DNA from: an uncultured virus (IMG/VR IMGVR_UViG_3300025141_014349)
Lineage: Duplodnaviria > Heunggongvirae > Uroviricota > Caudoviricetes
Direction: 5' to 3' (one strand)
Length of the DNA stretch: 64,000 nucleotides
IMG/VR virus record: IMGVR_UViG_3300025141_014349
Shown: in pieces, positions 36,370 to 47,432 of the stretch
Layout of the letters: each line of letters begins with the position of its first letter
Numbering within the stretch: the first letter of the stretch is position 1
The notes under the pieces: model-generated
The model's database searches: none
Told to the model about the DNA's origin: nothing
What the model saw: the letters and a program-made list of their open reading frames with translations, nothing else
Program-made: the position numbers and the translations under genes

Positions 36370-39300
36370 ATGTCCAAATTCAAAGATAGCGGATACGTAA
36401 GTATAAACCAAAGTTTCAATGAGTGGTGGTTGAAACCATCCAACAAACCCATTCTTGACAGGCAAGAGGTGGCCTATGCTTGGATTATAAAAGAATCTTC
36501 TCCTCAAATAGATCCAGCACTCGTATATTATCCCGAAGAAGTCGTAAAGGAACGATGGGAGGAGGACCCATCTCTTTATTATGACTATCAACCAAAAGAA
36601 GAAAAAACTCAAGAAGGCGAGACGGTTTCGACCTATCCCCTTATATTAGATCAAGATTACTTGCAACCTATTAAAGAAATGGCGATTGATAAGTTAATCG
36701 AGTTTTATAATAAGGAAGACGATGATGGACTGAAGAGAGATTGGGTGCGTCCAATTTTGAGGGAAAATTCTAAAGTAAAGGCGGTATGGTGGGACGAGCG
36801 CCCCGATCCAGGTGGTGCTCCACCAATTTCTTTTTATTGTATTGTCGATGCAAAATCTTTCGATGACATTTTACCTCTAGGATCCTATAAGCTTACGACT
36901 CTCAGTTCTGGCGATACTCTGAATAAGTTGGAAAATGATTTCAAGGAGTATTTTGAAGTCGTAGATGGAAGCGACGCGGCAAAGAGAGCAAGAATTGCCG
37001 AAATTCTAAAAGCAAATGGGGTTCTTTTGAATAACTTGAGTTCCTCGACTGATGTCACGGACTGGATTCAGAAACAGAATGAACCTGTATTCAACTATGA
37101 TGAGATCAACAGCGATCCCCAATATGATGAGAATGGTGATATCTGGACAACCCTCACCGCCTATGATCCGGATCTCCTAAATCCCCCGTCTACTTTCTTT
37201 TCTCAAGGCGCTCAAATTTATCTTCCCAACCCCGAGCCCCCGCAACCTCCATCACCCGCACACCTAATTTCTTTACCTATAAGCCTTATCAATCCATGGA
37301 TCGAACATTTGACAGAACCGAATGTGGGTCTTCTCGATATTTATAAAAATCAGGTGAAGGGCAGTGAAAAGATGATTGAAAATTTTGATTTTGATCATCA
37401 CCGCGATTTACTAGATAATTTTGAACCTGCATTACGTCAGCACCTTTCTTTCAATGACTACGAGAAGAAAAACGTTCTTGGCAATAGGGTAGAAATATTC
37501 TTTAATAGTGAATATAAAGTTATTTATATGGCACTAGATGTCGCCGGATATAAGATACCTCTACCTAAAGGATTATCTGCATTACAGTTTGACAGTCCAT
37601 TTGGAAACTTACGAACAATGGCACTTATTTCCAGATTGGATGCCATTCAGCAGATTACTACCACTGGTGGCGAACCATCGATGGGATACCAAGAATTTTT
37701 TCTTGGACCGGAACTGACGCCAGCAGATAGCGCCATGATCGAACCACCAGGAGATTCGGACACTGCAACTCCTCCACCTCCCCCTGTCCGACCTCTTGGA
37801 TTTATAATACCTAGACCCATTATAAGAAATCTGATTCCTAGCAATCCTTTCGATCAGGCTCGACAAAAAACTCTGTCAATTGCTGAAGAGTTGGCAAAAA
37901 AGTTTGATAAGTATGGTACCAAAACGGATTCTATTTTAGATGAGGAAGACGAATCTATAGGAAATAGTCAATACGCAACTGCGGTCGGCGCACAGGCAGC
38001 ATCCGATGTTACCTTTTCGGGCGACTTGATTGTTAGTAATTTATCCAATATTCAAATGAAGATTGCGATGACCGGCGGCGGCGCCGAAGCAATTAACGCT
38101 GCCTATATGCTCCTTCTAAATAAATTAAGCGTCGATAATTTGATGAAGGCAGCCATCGATTGTTTAAAGGCACAAATTCCCTTTGATTGTGAGGATGTCG
38201 TCAAGGCAATCATGGAGTCGGATTTAGATGCTGGTTATTTATTTTTCAAGTACAGATTGCGCGGTGAACTACAGATTTTAGCAGACGAGGCATATCAGGA
38301 AGCAGATGGTAGTGCGGACGAGTTTTTAGCTATTTTGGAAGGCAAACTAGAAGTGGAAGGATCTGTAAGTTATGACGATACTTTTGAAGAAGTATGTGCA
38401 CTTATAACAAGCATTCTTTTGAATCCTGAGAAAATATTTGATATTCCGCTTATGGCATTTCCGGACGACCTACCTACTGTTGATATTATGGGTAGTATTT
38501 CTATTATGCTAAATTCAGCTATTGTCGAGTTGATCACATCCCTTATTATGACTTTGGTTTCCACTCTTATTGATAATATTCTGGAAAATTGCAGCAGTGT
38601 GGTGGAAGTGTTTGCAGATAATGATTTTGGAACTGCGGATATCGCCGGCGCCATAGCGCAAAAAATGGGAGACGACAGTCTTGGTGCCGCATTGGCCGCC
38701 TTTTTGGATGCCCTTTCTCCGGATGGAGCATTTGAATTAGGGTTGGGGCCCCCTCCTGAGAGTGAGCAAGGATTAGACAGTGCCGGCGAAGAAGTGCTTC
38801 CGGAAGAAGAGGACATTGAACCTCCTCCGGAATGTCCCGAAGGAATGACATGGAACGAAGAGACAGAAAAGTGTGAGTCATACAGTTTCATAGATAGCAT
38901 AATCCCAAAGAGCACCACCACAACTCAGTTTGAAAAGGAGCATCCACTAGCTCAAAAGGTTGCGGCCGCAAAAAACTTGATAGATGATTTATCTGATATC
39001 CTTACTCCAGTTGAAACAATTGCCTTGTTTGAAGATAGGGCAGCAGGAGTCGTTTATGATGCTATTCTGAGAGTGATAGAGGCGCGCCACGAAGAATTAC
39101 ATAGAGTTCTTCGAACCCACGATGATATAAGACTTTTCTTTAGGCAACTTGCTCCCATTGTCAACATTGGCGCTATTACCGAAGTTGTAACTACAATGCC
39201 AAATGGACTTCTTGGGTGCACCTACGATAGCACTTGTGAGCGCATCGCCAATCTGAAGGTTAACTTTGATGTTGGACCGCAAGTAACTCAAATTGTGGAG

Positions 39301-42300
39301 GAGCAGGGAGGAAAGAAGCGAGAAATATTGGCGAAACTTATTGCTGACTACGTTACTCCACCGCCCACCCCGGACGGCGAACCGGGCCCGATAACAGACG
39401 AACAAACAGATACTTTTTGTCAAGAGGGAAAGAATAAAACTGGTAAAGCACTTATACCCAAAGATAATGCATCGTTGATATTTTTGCTGGAAAAAGTGAT
39501 CGACATTATGTACGACGGCACTTACATGTCGTTCGATCAAGAGATAAGTAAGATAGCGGATTCAATGAACGTAATTGAGAGCATCCCGAAGGTTATTCCA
39601 CGGGTACTCGACATGGAGCAGGGACTCAAGTTTGATGTCTTTAGTATGCATGAGTTACGAACTGAAGAATATATAATGCCTATTCCTGATTGGATGTCGG
39701 ATCATCTCCCAGGCGGCAAGACTTTGAATCCCGAATTTCGGAGACTATTGGCGACTGGATTTGTCCCGGCACAAGGCGAAGAGGATGGAAAATACGGACC
39801 CTATACTACCTTGAAAGCAACCACTGAGCAAACAGCAATGATTATTCACGCCATTGCTGGTACTTTGGGCACAGCCGGCGTTGTCATGGCTGGCGCCGGA
39901 GGGCAAATGATAGGCGAGGGCGCCATGGCCGCCCTGTTGATGCCGGGGTACGGTACCGGTTTTGGGATGGCCCACGCAACAGTAGGCGCCGGTTTGGTGG
40001 GCGGCGGCGCCGCCCTGGGATTGACTGGGTTTCTTTTGGAGATGGCGATGATGATGGGGATGTTCAAGACAGATGTTCTCGCACCGGATGTTAGGTACGA
40101 CGAGAAAATTCCAAAATTTGCGGGAACTTCTATAAAGGGGTTCAATAAGATTTCCGAAATTGTAATATTGCCTCGCTATGAACCCGGTTCCGACGCTCGC
40201 TGGCCTATTGCAATAAATCTTTCTCTGAGTCAACCCATGCCGTCGGAACCGGGAACAAGTCCTAGTTTTAGAGCATCCAATTTTGTGATGAAATTTATGA
40301 TGGGAGTTGCGTTATCGAAGGATGCGCGAGAGTCCGAGCAAAACCTACGACCCAGAGATCCCTTTGCCACGGATTCTTCTATACAAGGAATGGGACTATA
40401 CGAAAACAAATTTATTTTGCGCATTGGTGATCTCCCGTTAGATGTGAGCAACCTCATGGCACCACAACCTGGTCATGAACTTGCATACGAGGCAGGCGCG
40501 CCCCTTTTTCTAGATCAAGATCAACCTTCTATGGATGCCGCCATCTTTCGTTCTAAGTATTATGGAACCGCCGCCGTTCCCGAACCCGCCAGTCATCTAA
40601 TCAAACAGATCGAACAAGAAAAACGCTCGCCCCTGACTTCGCCCGGTCGGAATCCTCAAATAGACGTACTGACAGAGTTTATAGAATCTATTTTTCGAAA
40701 GGGAGGACTGGATGAAGAATCCGATCCGCATTCTAGACCGAATCTAAATGGAGATACTCGAAAACTAGCGCAATTCCGCATGGTAGACGACATGACAACT
40801 CAGATAATGACAACGATAGGTCGGGAAATTCTTAAGAGTCCACTCTTCTTGAAAACTGAAGGCACTTCACGTTATGATTCTGGGGGTCTTCCAATCTCTA
40901 CTACCGAAGGGATATCCTATGTTAGGTTGATTGATTGGGCGCCCATCACCACTCCGGATCAGAGAGCGTGTGGTTTTGACCCTCACATCCTTGCTTTAGA
41001 TACTATCAAAAAACGAACACGGGAAGACTACGAAAACATGATTGAATGTTCTCCTCTCGAAGACGAAATAAGCACCGCTGGTTTGGGAAGACCGGAACTT
41101 TCTGCCCTTGAGGCAGCTTCCATGACAGGGTGCGTAATGACCACGATCAGAGCATATGCGCTAGAGCAACTGGTTCGTGCTATGTTTCCGCTATCAGTTT
41201 TTGTGGGTAGGGAAGTGGTAACTAAACTTCTCGTTGAATTCATAACCGAGGAAACACTTGAGCAAATAAAGAAAAAGGAAGAAAAATATTATGAGGAGTT
41301 TTTAATTCAAGTTGAAAACTCTTTTGCCTCACGAATGAACGAGTTTAGTCCCTATGGATACGTTCCAGATATTGTACAGCAGAGTCGCGAGATTGGGTTA
41401 GACTGGCTTTATGCAGATTCAGCGATAAAGGAATTCAATGGAGAATACACGGGAGAAGAGATTGATGAAGAGCAGGTAGATGCAGGGGTGGTGAACCCAC
41501 CGGGACCACCGTCGTGTCCAGACACGGGCGAGGATTCAAGTACACAGGCGGCAGAAGACGAGTCTCTTGAAAAATTGTTGATGAGCGAAACTGAACAAAG
41601 GGTTCGAAGCCGCTTGAGATTTTTGGTTGAAGAGCAAATTTACTCTGTTTTGGTAAAACTTCAAGATATGATTTGTTTCGGAAATACCTTATCTTTTGAT
41701 GATAATTTCCTTGCACGCCAGTTGCCGCTTGTTCCTGTTCAGAAATTTCCGGGAGAAGCAAGATTCGCCGAAAAGAAATTCGATTTAGAAACGATGGAGC
41801 AAAACGAGATATCCCGCCAATTTCAGGAATATTCTACTCAATGGGCTCTCTGGGCCCAGGCGCGCCCATTTGCAATGGTAGGCGGTACCATACAGTCGAT
41901 ACAAGATGCAGCAACAGCAACAGGAACTTCAATAGCATGTGTGGGCGAAGCATTAACTTTTGACATTCCCGAGATTCCAGATCCTCCTGAAATGCCATCC
42001 GCAGAAGAACTCGCTACGGAGATAGATTTTTCAGACGACAACGTTGCCAATTTCGCGCCATCAGGGAACAAACCGCTAGCAGAGAACTATGAATATGGGA
42101 TATTTGACTTGGATTTTCTCAAGAATATTGCGGAGTATAATCTAGATAAAGCGTTGGAAGAGAAGTTTGACGAACTCGCGGCCGGTGGATTGTCGGCGAT
42201 TGAAGCCTTTGAAGAATCCGCGGCCTGGGATGTGATCGAGGGACTGGTCAGCGCAGCCAGTGCGGCCCGCGTTGCCGCCGGCGGGTCGGGTATTGATATC

Positions 42301-45222
42301 AACAATGTCAGTCTTTCCGGGGTGTATACAGGCGCGGTGAGTGCCGGTCTCAGCGGTTACAACGAGGCAGTAGACCAAGTGAACGAGGCGGAGTCTGCTT
42401 TTGATTCATTTATGGATAATTTTGATGTGATGGGCACCCTCCAAGAAGCTGGATCTTGCATCACCCAGGGCGCAGAAGGAGTTAAAGACGCTGGACTTCA
42501 GTTGCTTAGAACGACCCTAAACAGTCCTACGCCGTTTTCTGAATTTGCGAAAGGTCGAGACGTGGGGACTACTGATCGCATGGGGAACATTACTGAATTT
42601 GGTGCACGCGTGCAGACCGAACCGGGAGAAGGGCGATTTGATAATCCCATTGCTTCCAATCTGACTGACAAGACTGGGATGTTGATGTTGGAGAAATACA
42701 TAAAAGTAAAGACTGCTCCCGGCGCCAATGCCGTACTAAATCTCCAAGCGCTCGATGAACCCTCTAATATAGTTCTGCCACCACCGAGCGACTCGCCACA
42801 ACCTCTGGAAGATATTCATAACGATTCGACTGACTCTCCACCAGAAGATGCTGTGAACTGGCCTCCAAGCGATTCCACTACATCCGACACCGGTACGCCT
42901 CCGCAGGCGTATAATGATAGCACAGTAGACCCCAACATCGGCGACTCCGCTGCGGATGACTCGTCTCCCGCAGGAGTAGTCGAGGGCAACAACTATGTGG
43001 TATCCACTTTTGGAACACTCGATCTAGAAGGGTCTCCATTCGCCGGAAGTCAAGACAGGATGCACAACCCCTCCCTTTCCCAAATCTTAGGACCCAGAGA
43101 GGTGATCAATACATCTCGCCGCCTAGATCCCAAGAAACCGATTGATACTGCTCCTAAAACTGTTGATCTTGTAGGAAATAAGGCGAACGTCTCTTTGGTT
43201 CCGAGCACCTCTCCACATCGCGAGAAGATTTACAACATAGATAAGTGGCAAGAAATATTCCAACAGTTAGCAACTGATAATCCTGATGCTAAGTTCAGTG
43301 ATTATTTTGAGGAATGGTCATACGGCACCAGGTTGGTTTACATAGCGCCCACTAATGATTTTCAAGTCGTGAGTGAAACCTCAGAACCCGGCGCCCAAGT
43401 TGATCGCACCATAAAAATACCTCAGAGTCCTCTTGGAGATGCCAATCCTGTTCGATATTTATTTGACAAGGATTTGTCCATTGCAAGTAACGCCTATATG
43501 CAGTATGAGCGCACCACCGTAAGAGAGAAAGTAGAGGCAGTTAATTATAAGTTTTATCACGAGTCGCAAGCTTTTAGGACCGACGGGATTATAACCATCG
43601 AGGAGCAAAAGCGAAACGAAGAAGTGCTAGCAGATCTCTCAGAGCAAAGTCTGATTGATATTGTTGCAACCGGAGCAGAAGACTTGTCGAAATTGACATT
43701 TGATGCCGGCATGATGGAGAATCCTTATTTGGATACGTCGGTATTTGAGAGTTTCTTCGGTCGTCAGTTTCGCGATTCGACAAAGGAGTCTGTGGTAGAG
43801 AGGGCACTTACAGTAATACCTCTCTCGTCGGCGGAAATACCCATTGACTTTCCCGATCCCAATATTCCCCTTTCTAAAATTTTGGGGTACGATGGATTAT
43901 CTCTCGAACCCTCTCCTGATAAAAGTGCAGATGCGGGGACTGCCTTTAAAGATTTAGACGAGTTATATACTAGAAGATTCATGAGCAAGACGCTCAATCT
44001 CCTCAAGGGATCTCCCGGATATAAACTGGCATTGAAATATTGCGTACCGGGCAACACTCTTCTTTCATTCGCTACTATCTATGCGAATCTTCTTAGCGAA
44101 CTCCCAGAAACATTCTTCGACCAGACAAAATTTGAATTAAAGAATTTATTTGAGATTCTTTTGAATGGCGGAGATTATACTTTCGAAGGTGCAACAGAAA
44201 AAGAAAAGGGCAGTAATCGAGAACAGATGGCACTCGCACAAAGCAACATGGGTACCGACGGTGGTGCCCGCAAGCCTGGGTTAGTTGATCTCGCGATTCA
44301 AACTCCTAAACTTATTTTCAAGGGATTAGCAGAATTTGCCGATCCAGTAATCGCGCCTGCTGCTTTGATTGCTAAAAAAGCGAAGGGAGGAGAATTTTTT
44401 CCTCGCATGATGAAGAATGGCGATGTAAAGGGGACCTGGTATATGCTCCCCATCGAATTGAATCAGTATGACATGCCTCCTCCAATTGGAACGGTTGACG
44501 ATCCCACCAAGACTGTTTCGTACATAAACGAGGAAGAGTCTCGCATTATTATACCCGAAGAAAACGAGTTTGTCCCCGGACTTCCGGACAACATAAACCT
44601 CTCTGTCCCCGTTCCTGCTTTCATGGATAAGATTACGGGGAAGGATTTAGACGGATTTCTAAAAGATTATTTCTTTAAATTGGGCGACATCGGCAACGCC
44701 CAGCAGAAAACAAATTATTATAATTTTACGAGAGCGCTTGCGGGATTCCAAATAGCGCAAACTATCAATATAATTATTACTGAATATATGTATGCGATGA
44801 ACGATCCTGTTCTAAGGTGTAAAGAGTTTATGATTAAGAAGGACGGCAAGGTAATCGTCCCCGTCGTGGTATTGGATTTCCCAGGCGATCCCATAGATAT
44901 TCCCGTTACTGCTTTGGGCAACTCTTTCTTGCCGATGGATGTTACAATGGGATTTGGTGTGTGGCCACCACATAGTCCACTTGGTTGGATTTACCGAGCA
45001 ATCGATGCAGTAGAGTCTCTTAAAATGCCAAGTTTGGTAGATATGGAGCGATTGCGGGAGAAGGAAGGGTTTGAGAACAAGAAAAACACTTTGGATCGAC
45101 TATGTATAGATGTGGATCAGTTGCGCGAAGAAAATACAACCCGAACCAGGGAAAACGAGGCCCGCGCAGAACAAATGAGGATTAGTTTGAGCAATACCGA
45201 TAAAGCGAAAAAAGCTTGTTAG
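36370..45222 (+). CDS. Giant (2950 aa) acidic virion-associated protein
   Basis: Long ORF between the spike-like gene and gp25; LysM-like segment; Gly/Ala hydrophobic hairpin. Confidence 0.7.
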   Translation: MSKFKDSGYVSINQSFNEWWLKPSNKPILDRQEVAYAWIIKESSPQIDPALVYYPEEVVKERWEEDPSLYYDYQPKEEKTQEGETVSTYPLILDQDYLQPIKEMAIDKLIEFYNKEDDDGLKRDWVRPILRENSKVKAVWWDERPDPGGAPPISFYCIVDAKSFDDILPLGSYKLTTLSSGDTLNKLENDFKEYFEVVDGSDAAKRARIAEILKANGVLLNNLSSSTDVTDWIQKQNEPVFNYDEINSDPQYDENGDIWTTLTAYDPDLLNPPSTFFSQGAQIYLPNPEPPQPPSPAHLISLPISLINPWIEHLTEPNVGLLDIYKNQVKGSEKMIENFDFDHHRDLLDNFEPALRQHLSFNDYEKKNVLGNRVEIFFNSEYKVIYMALDVAGYKIPLPKGLSALQFDSPFGNLRTMALISRLDAIQQITTTGGEPSMGYQEFFLGPELTPADSAMIEPPGDSDTATPPPPPVRPLGFIIPRPIIRNLIPSNPFDQARQKTLSIAEELAKKFDKYGTKTDSILDEEDESIGNSQYATAVGAQAASDVTFSGDLIVSNLSNIQMKIAMTGGGAEAINAAYMLLLNKLSVDNLMKAAIDCLKAQIPFDCEDVVKAIMESDLDAGYLFFKYRLRGELQILADEAYQEADGSADEFLAILEGKLEVEGSVSYDDTFEEVCALITSILLNPEKIFDIPLMAFPDDLPTVDIMGSISIMLNSAIVELITSLIMTLVSTLIDNILENCSSVVEVFADNDFGTADIAGAIAQKMGDDSLGAALAAFLDALSPDGAFELGLGPPPESEQGLDSAGEEVLPEEEDIEPPPECPEGMTWNEETEKCESYSFIDSIIPKSTTTTQFEKEHPLAQKVAAAKNLIDDLSDILTPVETIALFEDRAAGVVYDAILRVIEARHEELHRVLRTHDDIRLFFRQLAPIVNIGAITEVVTTMPNGLLGCTYDSTCERIANLKVNFDVGPQVTQIVEEQGGKKREILAKLIADYVTPPPTPDGEPGPITDEQTDTFCQEGKNKTGKALIPKDNASLIFLLEKVIDIMYDGTYMSFDQEISKIADSMNVIESIPKVIPRVLDMEQGLKFDVFSMHELRTEEYIMPIPDWMSDHLPGGKTLNPEFRRLLATGFVPAQGEEDGKYGPYTTLKATTEQTAMIIHAIAGTLGTAGVVMAGAGGQMIGEGAMAALLMPGYGTGFGMAHATVGAGLVGGGAALGLTGFLLEMAMMMGMFKTDVLAPDVRYDEKIPKFAGTSIKGFNKISEIVILPRYEPGSDARWPIAINLSLSQPMPSEPGTSPSFRASNFVMKFMMGVALSKDARESEQNLRPRDPFATDSSIQGMGLYENKFILRIGDLPLDVSNLMAPQPGHELAYEAGAPLFLDQDQPSMDAAIFRSKYYGTAAVPEPASHLIKQIEQEKRSPLTSPGRNPQIDVLTEFIESIFRKGGLDEESDPHSRPNLNGDTRKLAQFRMVDDMTTQIMTTIGREILKSPLFLKTEGTSRYDSGGLPISTTEGISYVRLIDWAPITTPDQRACGFDPHILALDTIKKRTREDYENMIECSPLEDEISTAGLGRPELSALEAASMTGCVMTTIRAYALEQLVRAMFPLSVFVGREVVTKLLVEFITEETLEQIKKKEEKYYEEFLIQVENSFASRMNEFSPYGYVPDIVQQSREIGLDWLYADSAIKEFNGEYTGEEIDEEQVDAGVVNPPGPPSCPDTGEDSSTQAAEDESLEKLLMSETEQRVRSRLRFLVEEQIYSVLVKLQDMICFGNTLSFDDNFLARQLPLVPVQKFPGEARFAEKKFDLETMEQNEISRQFQEYSTQWALWAQARPFAMVGGTIQSIQDAATATGTSIACVGEALTFDIPEIPDPPEMPSAEELATEIDFSDDNVANFAPSGNKPLAENYEYGIFDLDFLKNIAEYNLDKALEEKFDELAAGGLSAIEAFEESAAWDVIEGLVSAASAARVAAGGSGIDINNVSLSGVYTGAVSAGLSGYNEAVDQVNEAESAFDSFMDNFDVMGTLQEAGSCITQGAEGVKDAGLQLLRTTLNSPTPFSEFAKGRDVGTTDRMGNITEFGARVQTEPGEGRFDNPIASNLTDKTGMLMLEKYIKVKTAPGANAVLNLQALDEPSNIVLPPPSDSPQPLEDIHNDSTDSPPEDAVNWPPSDSTTSDTGTPPQAYNDSTVDPNIGDSAADDSSPAGVVEGNNYVVSTFGTLDLEGSPFAGSQDRMHNPSLSQILGPREVINTSRRLDPKKPIDTAPKTVDLVGNKANVSLVPSTSPHREKIYNIDKWQEIFQQLATDNPDAKFSDYFEEWSYGTRLVYIAPTNDFQVVSETSEPGAQVDRTIKIPQSPLGDANPVRYLFDKDLSIASNAYMQYERTTVREKVEAVNYKFYHESQAFRTDGIITIEEQKRNEEVLADLSEQSLIDIVATGAEDLSKLTFDAGMMENPYLDTSVFESFFGRQFRDSTKESVVERALTVIPLSSAEIPIDFPDPNIPLSKILGYDGLSLEPSPDKSADAGTAFKDLDELYTRRFMSKTLNLLKGSPGYKLALKYCVPGNTLLSFATIYANLLSELPETFFDQTKFELKNLFEILLNGGDYTFEGATEKEKGSNREQMALAQSNMGTDGGARKPGLVDLAIQTPKLIFKGLAEFADPVIAPAALIAKKAKGGEFFPRMMKNGDVKGTWYMLPIELNQYDMPPPIGTVDDPTKTVSYINEEESRIIIPEENEFVPGLPDNINLSVPVPAFMDKITGKDLDGFLKDYFFKLGDIGNAQQKTNYYNFTRALAGFQIAQTINIIITEYMYAMNDPVLRCKEFMIKKDGKVIVPVVVLDFPGDPIDIPVTALGNSFLPMDVTMGFGVWPPHSPLGWIYRAIDAVESLKMPSLVDMERLREKEGFENKKNTLDRLCIDVDQLREENTTRTRENEARAEQMRISLSNTDKAKKAC

Positions 45223-45239
45223 AGTAGGAGTTTAGTATT

Positions 45240-45614
45240 ATGGCAGGGTTTTCGCCAGCGTTACCATTTGGAATGTCACCAGGAGAGGGAATCGTTCTAA
45301 CCACGAGTTTGTTGGAAGTTATCAAGCAAAACTTTAAAAATCTTGTTTTGACAAATCCAGGGGAAAGAGTGATGCTTCCCGATTTTGGCGTGGGAATAAA
45401 GAGATATTTATTTGAAATGAATGACGCCGTGACTCAGAGTAGTATCCAATCCAAAATAGGCGAGCAGGTAAAGAAATATATGCCTTTCTTATCTTTGGAC
45501 AATATACAATTTTTATCTACAAACGATATGTTTGACGCGGGCACTGTCAATATTCGGATATTTTATCATGTTTCTCCCCTAGAAGCCGCTGATGTGCTGA
45601 CCCTAACAATATAG
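45240..45614 (+). CDS. Baseplate wedge subunit, gp25-like
   Basis: NLVLTNPGERVMLPDFGVGI..YLFE. Confidence 0.9.
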   Translation: MAGFSPALPFGMSPGEGIVLTTSLLEVIKQNFKNLVLTNPGERVMLPDFGVGIKRYLFEMNDAVTQSSIQSKIGEQVKKYMPFLSLDNIQFLSTNDMFDAGTVNIRIFYHVSPLEAADVLTLTI

Positions 45615-45632
45615 AGCAGGAGAAAAGTTGAT

Positions 45633-47432
45633 ATGCCAGATGGTAAAAAAGTTGCGATAAATTACACAAGCAGAGATTTTGCTACCATTAAGAGAGACCT
45701 AGTAAGTTACGCTAAGAAATATTATCCCAACACATACCAGGATTTCAGTGAGGCGGGTTTTGGTTCCCTCTTGATGGACATGGTATCTTATGTGGGAGAT
45801 ATGTTATCTTTCTATGTTGACTTTCAAGCGAACGAAAGTTATTTGGACACCGCAGTAGAATATGATAATGTCGTTCGCCTCGCTCAACAGATTGGTTACA
45901 AACTAAATGTCAACCCGTCTTCTTACGGCATAGCATCTTTGTATATTATTGTGGATGCAGATATCACTGGTCTCGCTCCCGACAGAGCCTACATACCTGT
46001 CTTAAAGCGGGGTTCTCTATTCTCAACTGAAAACGGAGTTGGTTTTATTCTGAATGAAGATGTCAACTTTGCCGACTCTAAGAATAAGATAGTGGTTTCT
46101 CAAGTTAACGAGGCAACTGGCATCCCGACCTCTTACGCTATTCAGGCATATGGACAAGTCGCTTCTGGAAAGTTAGTTCAACAGAACGTAACGGTGGGAA
46201 ATTTTGAAAGATTCTATAAAGCGGAACTAATCGGAACAGACATTACTGAAGTGATATCTGTTCAGGATTCCGAGGGAAATGATTATTACGAAGTAGACTA
46301 TTTGTCTCAGAACACAATTTATAAATCAGTCATGAATACTGATACGGATGATAGAGAATTGACCCCCGCTCTTATAAAATCTCAGATAGTTCCGCGCCGC
46401 TTTGTTGTTGGGAAAGTAGGAACCAGGACATTTCTTCAATTTGGCGCAGGCGATGAAGCGAGCGATATAAACAGCGCTTTTTCGGAACCCAACTCAGTAG
46501 TTCTATTTCAAAACGGCCGCAACTATATTAGTGATACGGCGATTGATCCAACTCGCTTGTTGGATTCTAATAAGTTGGGCATTGCTCCATCTAATACTAC
46601 ATTGCGGGTTGTGTATCGAGTGAACGACGCAGGGAATGTTAATGCTTCTGCTAATTCTTTAGTTGTTATTAATGAACCTACATTCGCATATTCGGACATC
46701 GCCAACCTCATTCCAGATAAGGTTCAGAGTGTAAGCGACTCTTTGGAAATTTCCAATGAAAGACCTATTGTAGGAGATATTTCGTTACCGTCGTTGACAG
46801 AACTTAAGTTGCGCGCACCCGCCGCCTTCTCCTCTCAGAACAGAGCGGTTACTCGGGAAGATTACTTATCTTTGATGTACGCGATGCCGGAAAGGTTTGG
46901 AGTTATCAAAAAAGCAAACGTGGTACAAGACAGTGAATCTTTTAAAAGAAATCTGAATGCTTATGTAATTTCCCAAGGTACAGCGGGAAATTTAGTAAAA
47001 GCTAATGAGTCGCTAAAATCTAATTTGAAGTCGTGGTTGAATAAGAACAAAATGATTACGGATTCAATTGATATTCTCGATGCAAAAATTGTCAATTTTG
47101 GGATTGTTTTCGAGGCTGTGGGGAAAAGTAATCAGGATAATTCAGACCTCCTTTCCACTGCCGTCGGCGCCCTCTCGCTAAAGTTTCAAAAATATTTTGA
47201 TCTTTCCGAGAATCTTTATATTTCTGATATCTATTCCTCCCTAAAGGATGTAGAGGGAATATTGGATGTTATAAGTGCTAAGGTAATTTTGAAGAATGGT
47301 GGTGCATATTCAGATACCTTTTTCGACATGACAGAAAACTTATCCGCTGATGGTAGAATGATTAAGATTCCTCAAAATGTTGTATTGGAATTGAAATTTC
47401 CGGATATTGATATAAAAGGAGTCATCAAATAA
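45633..47432 (+). CDS. Baseplate wedge subunit (T4 gp6 / Baseplate J-like)
   Basis: INYTSRDF..IK..L..Y; SYVGDMLSFY.D; QNRAVTREDY. Confidence 0.85.
   Translation: MPDGKKVAINYTSRDFATIKRDLVSYAKKYYPNTYQDFSEAGFGSLLMDMVSYVGDMLSFYVDFQANESYLDTAVEYDNVVRLAQQIGYKLNVNPSSYGIASLYIIVDADITGLAPDRAYIPVLKRGSLFSTENGVGFILNEDVNFADSKNKIVVSQVNEATGIPTSYAIQAYGQVASGKLVQQNVTVGNFERFYKAELIGTDITEVISVQDSEGNDYYEVDYLSQNTIYKSVMNTDTDDRELTPALIKSQIVPRRFVVGKVGTRTFLQFGAGDEASDINSAFSEPNSVVLFQNGRNYISDTAIDPTRLLDSNKLGIAPSNTTLRVVYRVNDAGNVNASANSLVVINEPTFAYSDIANLIPDKVQSVSDSLEISNERPIVGDISLPSLTELKLRAPAAFSSQNRAVTREDYLSLMYAMPERFGVIKKANVVQDSESFKRNLNAYVISQGTAGNLVKANESLKSNLKSWLNKNKMITDSIDILDAKIVNFGIVFEAVGKSNQDNSDLLSTAVGALSLKFQKYFDLSENLYISDIYSSLKDVEGILDVISAKVILKNGGAYSDTFFDMTENLSADGRMIKIPQNVVLELKFPDIDIKGVIK

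Noticed and set aside
38833..38878. CPEGMTWNEETEKC as a chitin-binding (CBM14) domain
   Set aside because: Only a two-Cys hairpin, too short for a domain call
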